Source of the DNA: Nemertoderma westbladi
Taxonomy: Eukaryota; Animalia; Xenacoelomorpha
Assembly (NCBI GenBank): GCA_032718475.1
Contig: JAUCBJ010001482.1
Coordinates: forward strand, 1 to 64,000
Direction of reading: 5' to 3'
Length of the DNA: 64,000 nucleotides
Below the pieces are notes generated by a model that saw only the letters and a list, made by a program, of their open reading frames with translations, was not told the origin of the DNA and did not search any database. The translations under genes were made by a program, and so were the position numbers. Below are positions 59,256 through 64,000 of this stretch, piece by piece; within the stretch, counting starts at the first letter, position 1; the number at the start of each line of letters is the position of its first letter.

Positions 59256-60002
59256 ATGAGGGCGTTCTCAGCAATTTTCCAGCCAAGCAGGCAGCGCCAT
59301 ACCTCACTATATTGTGGTCTTTGCGTTTTACTAAACGTTGCCATCTGTTATGGGAGTTTCTCTTGCTATAATGAAGGAAAAATAATCATTAATGCAACTT
59401 CTGATGAGCTACAGAGAAAAGTGAATGATAAATTTTCTTCGCTGAAAAGAAGCAATAAAGAATGGTTCGAAGATGTTGGATTAACTACAACACGCCGTGA
59501 TGGTATCAAACACATCGAGCACAATTGTTCAGAATGCGTCAATTATTTCTATCGAAACATCGCTGTTGATGATGACACTGGAGATGAGGTCTTGTTCTAT
59601 GTTGACATTGAATCTTGCATAATACATGAAAGGGTAACGGGAAATAATATTTGCTTGGCTCTTGATGAAGACAGATGTCCCGCATTTATAAAACAGGTTG
59701 AAGAAGGGTTTAAAATTGATCACCAGAGCTTCAAGGATGTGGAAACATACCAGGATGATATCATTCGGGTTGTAATTATTAGTAGGGACTATATGCTCCA
59801 TGGGTTCACTGTCAAGTACGAATCCTGCCAAATATTTTGTTGCCCTGGTGAGTGCCCTACTCCAATATGGGAAGGTAATCTAGCTACAACAGCTAGCAGT
59901 GTTCGCGAAGAAACCACAACATCTGATATCAGTTCTGGTGTGATGAATACTCCATTAATTTGGATGCTTTTGGTGCTGGTTACATTCACTGGAGTACTTT
60001 AG
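59256..60002 (+). CDS. Intronless secreted, probably GPI-anchored Cys-containing protein with a weakly CUB-like domain
   Basis: Hydrophobic N-terminal signal segment (LYCGLCVLLNVAICYG), paired Cys, GFTVKY motif, S/T-rich stalk, SSG followed by a hydrophobic C-terminus. TATA-like TATAAAA at 59172. Confidence 0.7.
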   Translation: MRAFSAIFQPSRQRHTSLYCGLCVLLNVAICYGSFSCYNEGKIIINATSDELQRKVNDKFSSLKRSNKEWFEDVGLTTTRRDGIKHIEHNCSECVNYFYRNIAVDDDTGDEVLFYVDIESCIIHERVTGNNICLALDEDRCPAFIKQVEEGFKIDHQSFKDVETYQDDIIRVVIISRDYMLHGFTVKYESCQIFCCPGECPTPIWEGNLATTASSVREETTTSDISSGVMNTPLIWMLLVLVTFTGVL

Positions 60003-60210
60003 AAACATATCAAATATGTATGGGCACATTTAATTAATTTAATTTAACCAGGTTTAAAAAACTAATAATTATTATGATAAATATTACATTATCATGATTA
60101 TACATTATATTTTTATTTAAAAAAAATAGTGGTGTTTCAAAACAAATGCCGTTCAATCACTTAACCATATTATTACAAGGGCTATAAAATGTTCAAAATT
60201 CATTGGAAAA

Positions 60211-62130
60211 TGTATCATGCATATTTCGCATATAATATTTATGGTACCGGTACACCAACTACAGTAGGGCCATGGGTTCATGTCGACCATGTCGTGGGGG
60301 CTGGGGAAACCTATTGACCTCAGGTGACAGGATGGCGTCACTTGTGTGGCTCCGTGTCCCATACTCGATGTGGATCGATGCCAGCCCTTCCGTAGTGAGG
60401 GGAAGGTTGTTGGCCGTGAGGAGGCCGATGTTGTTTTGACATTGATACGTCCTTGCATTGGCCACTGCATTGGTAGAACAATGTTCTTTAATGACAGTGG
60501 TGGCTGCTCCCGTGTTTGGGAGCGAGAGTGTGTGCGACGGATACCAAATCAGTGCACCCTGGGAGAGATAGTTCGATGGAAATAGCAAAGAGCAGGTCAC
60601 CCCGCTTTAGTCACACTTGTTTAAGTTGTTTATGAATATGGAGTTCAGTCCACTGGGTTTGGGGTTGCAGTTTGGTGGTGTGGACTGGCAGACGTTCTGG
60701 AAATGGCCTGTCCTGTCGCATCCACTGCAGGTTGACCCGTGGACGGGGCATTTGTCTCTCCCTGCCAGACGTCCATGTCCACAGTTGCCGCAGTTTGACC
60801 CCGAATTCGTGTTTGCGCGATTGCGATTATGGCTTGGGGAGCATGCCGGGTTTCCGCTTTTGCAGCAGTCTATGCGTTGATAGCATCCCTGTTGTTCCCG
60901 TGTGGGCTCTGTCGTGGCCCATTTATCCGATTTATATTGTGAGAGTTTCAAGATCATTCCCAATCCGAGGATGGTGTCATTCCATCTGCTGGCTTCAAAG
61001 GTCTGGCACGTCATTACACACTGATCAGCATTGGTTGGGGAAGATATTCTTGGAGAAAGAGATCGCATCTGGTCTCCTCATTGCGGATGCCGATGAGGAT
61101 CTGCGTTACGAGCTGGATGTTACGGCAGTGCTCGCTGAGTCGCGCATCGTTGGCTAGCTCCTCCTGTGTGATGCAGGAACCAGTTGAAGGATTCATTCAC
61201 ATGCTGGACACAGCGGTGGAAGGTGATCCGATCCACTGCGATGGATCTTTTGTCCAAAAGGATCCGTTTGGATAGCATCGAGGATGAGTGCCATGTCAGT
61301 TTTTGGGTCGTTTATTTAGATCTGGAGGGTAACCCGGATCATTTCCTGGAACGCCATTCCAAGCACCGCGAGGGCAGAGTAGACCTGAGTCTGTCAGGTG
61401 TAGGTGTCGACCTGTTGGTGTTGGTAGTCCTGCCAGGCAGAGTGCCACCATTGGAAGGTGGAGTGGGACATCTCACAGTCCACTTTGTCCATCGACGAGG
61501 TGTCGATTAAGCGATGTGAGTTCGGTGGGTTGGTTGCGTGGGGTGCGGCATGGGCCAGCTGTATAGTGGCATCATCCGGCGCATGCTGGAGGAAGTAGAG
61601 AATTCGTGCCTCGGACTTGGCTGCCTGGCGGTCTGTGGTCTCGGACTGGGCCAGCAGGATGTATGCAAGGGAGTCAAAGTTGAGTAGTGGCGGGTAGTCC
61701 GCGGGGCTGTCGTCTCAAGCCTCATCCGTGTCGGAGTCGCTGTGGTATTGCTGCGGTTTCCATGGCATTGGGGGGAGAGAAGGAAAAAACCTTATCAGCC
61801 CCGGATGAGTTTAGTGGGGAGGGATGGGAAGGAACCAGTGAAGGCCATGAGGCACCTGTAAGGGTCCGGCATGATTCAATCCATATTTACTAGTGCTGCG
61901 GGAGGGAGGATGGGTTCAGGTAACCATGTAGGGTGATCCTACACATTACTGCGCCATGTATCATGCATATATCGCATATAATATATATGGTACCAGTACA
62001 CCAACTACAGTAGGGACGTTGCTTCATGTAGGCCGTGGTGTAGAGTACTACAGCAAGAAACCTAAATATAAAAATGCTAGCCTAGCGCCATCTACAGGTC
62101 GCAAGGCATAATCAACTAACTGTATGTACA
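60211..62130 (-). mobile_element. Decayed, internally deleted Gypsy element related to 12246-16970
   Basis: 59-bp LTR match (60211-60269 vs 61957-62015). PBS TGGCGCAG at 61956 downward. Gag knuckles CGNCGHGRLAGRDKC and CSGCDRTGHFQNVC. Protease relic LPNTGAATTVI. No TSD found. Confidence 0.8.
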
Positions 62131-62661
62131 ATAGCGTGGTGCGTTTTTTACTTTTTTTCAATTTCGTTTTTCTACCGGTGCACAAAAGTTGCCAAATGGT
62201 AAAAAAATATGGCATATATTTTTTTTTTAATTTCGTCTAATCTTCACGGATCCCAAGAGGGTTGAAATTTTGAGCCATCGCCATGCACCATAATGAAATT
62301 TATAACAATATAACACATTGATGAAAGATCAATGACTCCTGAAAGAACTTCCTGCATGCATCAAATGTCATCAAATGGGTCCAAACTTAGTTAGATACCA
62401 AAATTTTGATTTTGGGACCAATGGAAGTAGTGCCACAGGCACATGACCAGAACCTACTCTTTGGCGCAAGTTACTCTTATTCTCAATTTTGGTGATGGAC
62501 AACTTTTATTTCTCCTACGGCATTAATAGTAGGCTCATTAGAACCGCAATGGGGGTAGACACCATCAAAACAGGCATAGAGCGAATAGTTCTTGAGATAT
62601 TGCAGAAAATGTTAAGTCCATCACAAGTCAACATTACCGCCTTCGATCAACTTTTTTTCAA

Positions 62662-64000
62662 GTTACTACCTACAGAACCAGTTAAATACTTGTAACTTTC
62701 GAGGAGACAGTGCCAGTGACTTGAGAAAGTATGAGACAATTGGGGTTACTATTCCCAACTTGAACACAGTGTTACAACTCAGAAAACAAAGGGTTTCCAG
62801 TTATTTAACTACATACGATTATAATACGTGGGAGTGTGTTTTTAGGCTATAAGCGGCGTTTTTTCATGTTACTACCTACAGAACCAGTTAAATACTTGTA
62901 ACTTTCGAGGAGACAGTGCCAGTGACTTGAGAAAGTGTGAGACAATTGGGGTTACTATTCCCAACTTGTACACAGTGTTACAACTCAGAAAACACAGGGC
63001 TTCCAGAGTTATTTAACTATATACGAATATCACCGAACATCGACCGAACACGACGAACATCAACTGTCAGACTTATATTTGACTACTTCAACACTTTAGT
63101 ACAGCAGTACACATACAGACATAACACAATAAAACAACAGGCACCTACCGGTACACCTAAAACCCCACACCATACTCTCACATTAGATATATTCTCTTTT
63201 CTTTTAGTTCCATATAATTTCTAACTTGAGTCTATAACTCGATCTAAAATTACTTTCTTTTTTTTCCATTCAGTTCTCAAGTAAAGATAGCAGTTCAAAT
63301 CCGGGACGCTCTTTAGTGAGCACATCTCAGCCAAATTATTTCTAGAGGCTATTAGGTGAAGTTGAATTCCTTTAGTTTTCATTGTTTGCCGAATTACTGA
63401 GAGTTCTATTTTCAAGCGTTTCTCTGCGGGTTCATTAATGACAGTATTTAAGTTGTCATATAGTCCCTTGCTGTCTGTGTAGAGTTTATTAGACTTCACC
63501 TTAATACCGGTTTCACCAAGTATAGATTTAACAAATAAAGTATAATCAACAGTTGATCCTGCTGCTAATAGTTCTGCTCCGAATGTCGAACGACATACCC
63601 GCTGTATTCTATTTGAATGCCACAATAGAACATTTCTGGTGTCATCCTGATCTTGAATACCATCTCCCAAAAAACATATAAATCCAGGCTGGGAGCGTGA
63701 CTCTTCTAGATTTGCAAATCCACCATCAACAAAAGTTTCTGTAATACTGTTATTTAAGTTAATCGGTTTACAGTGAATTTGAACTGGCTCTAGGCCTTTT
63801 GCTTTGCTCAACAACTTATTTGCCGCTTTAATGTGCCTGATTTACAAGCACATAACAGAACTAAGTAAAGCCGATACTCCATAAAGTATATCTGGCCGAG
63901 TAGAATTTCCCAACCATTGAAGTGAACCTAGAATTTCTATAATTAATAGAAGGATCTATAATCATGTTCGTAAGAGTAGGCATAATCTTTTACATCTAAC
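62662..64000 (-). mobile_element. Ty1/Copia (GalEa-like) remnant: RT end, RNase H and 3' LTR with a partial duplicate
   Basis: ORF 63221-63814 reads FVDGGFANL..SQPGF..WHSNRIQRVCRSTFGAELLA..YTDSKGL..EKRLKIEL. A-rich PPT at ~63255-63265. Candidate LTR ~62867-63250. ~150-bp direct repeat at 62662-62820. Confidence 0.8.

Overview
AT-rich, intron-containing animal (invertebrate-like) genomic DNA dominated by transposable elements; no prokaryotic features. Host genes: the 5' exons of an LRRC27-like gene (minus strand, 5446-8917), the 5' exons of a PWWP2-like gene (plus strand, 39248-42446), and an intronless gene for a secreted, probably GPI-anchored protein (59256-60002). Mobile DNA: two BEL/Pao LTR retrotransposons, two Gypsy elements, a Copia remnant, a near-full-length RTE LINE plus fragments, a CRE-like relic, piggyBac/hAT/Harbinger/MULE/Tc1-type non-autonomous elements, and three satellite arrays. 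One BEL/Pao element is a 14.1-kb copy with apparently identical LTRs and a 5-bp TSD. Three observations stand out. (1) The 14.1-kb BEL/Pao element has, in the env position, an extra 847-aa ORF combining a DEDDy-type 3'-5' exonuclease-like domain with three CCHC zinc knuckles, preceded by a UAG-rich tandem array. (2) Both BEL/Pao elements lack a tRNA primer-binding site; instead their leaders base-pair with their own LTR, suggesting tRNA-independent self-priming. (3) Two different (TAG)n-tailed RTE elements inserted at the same position of a 41-bp satellite unit. All calls come from manual reading and remembered motifs; no database search was run.
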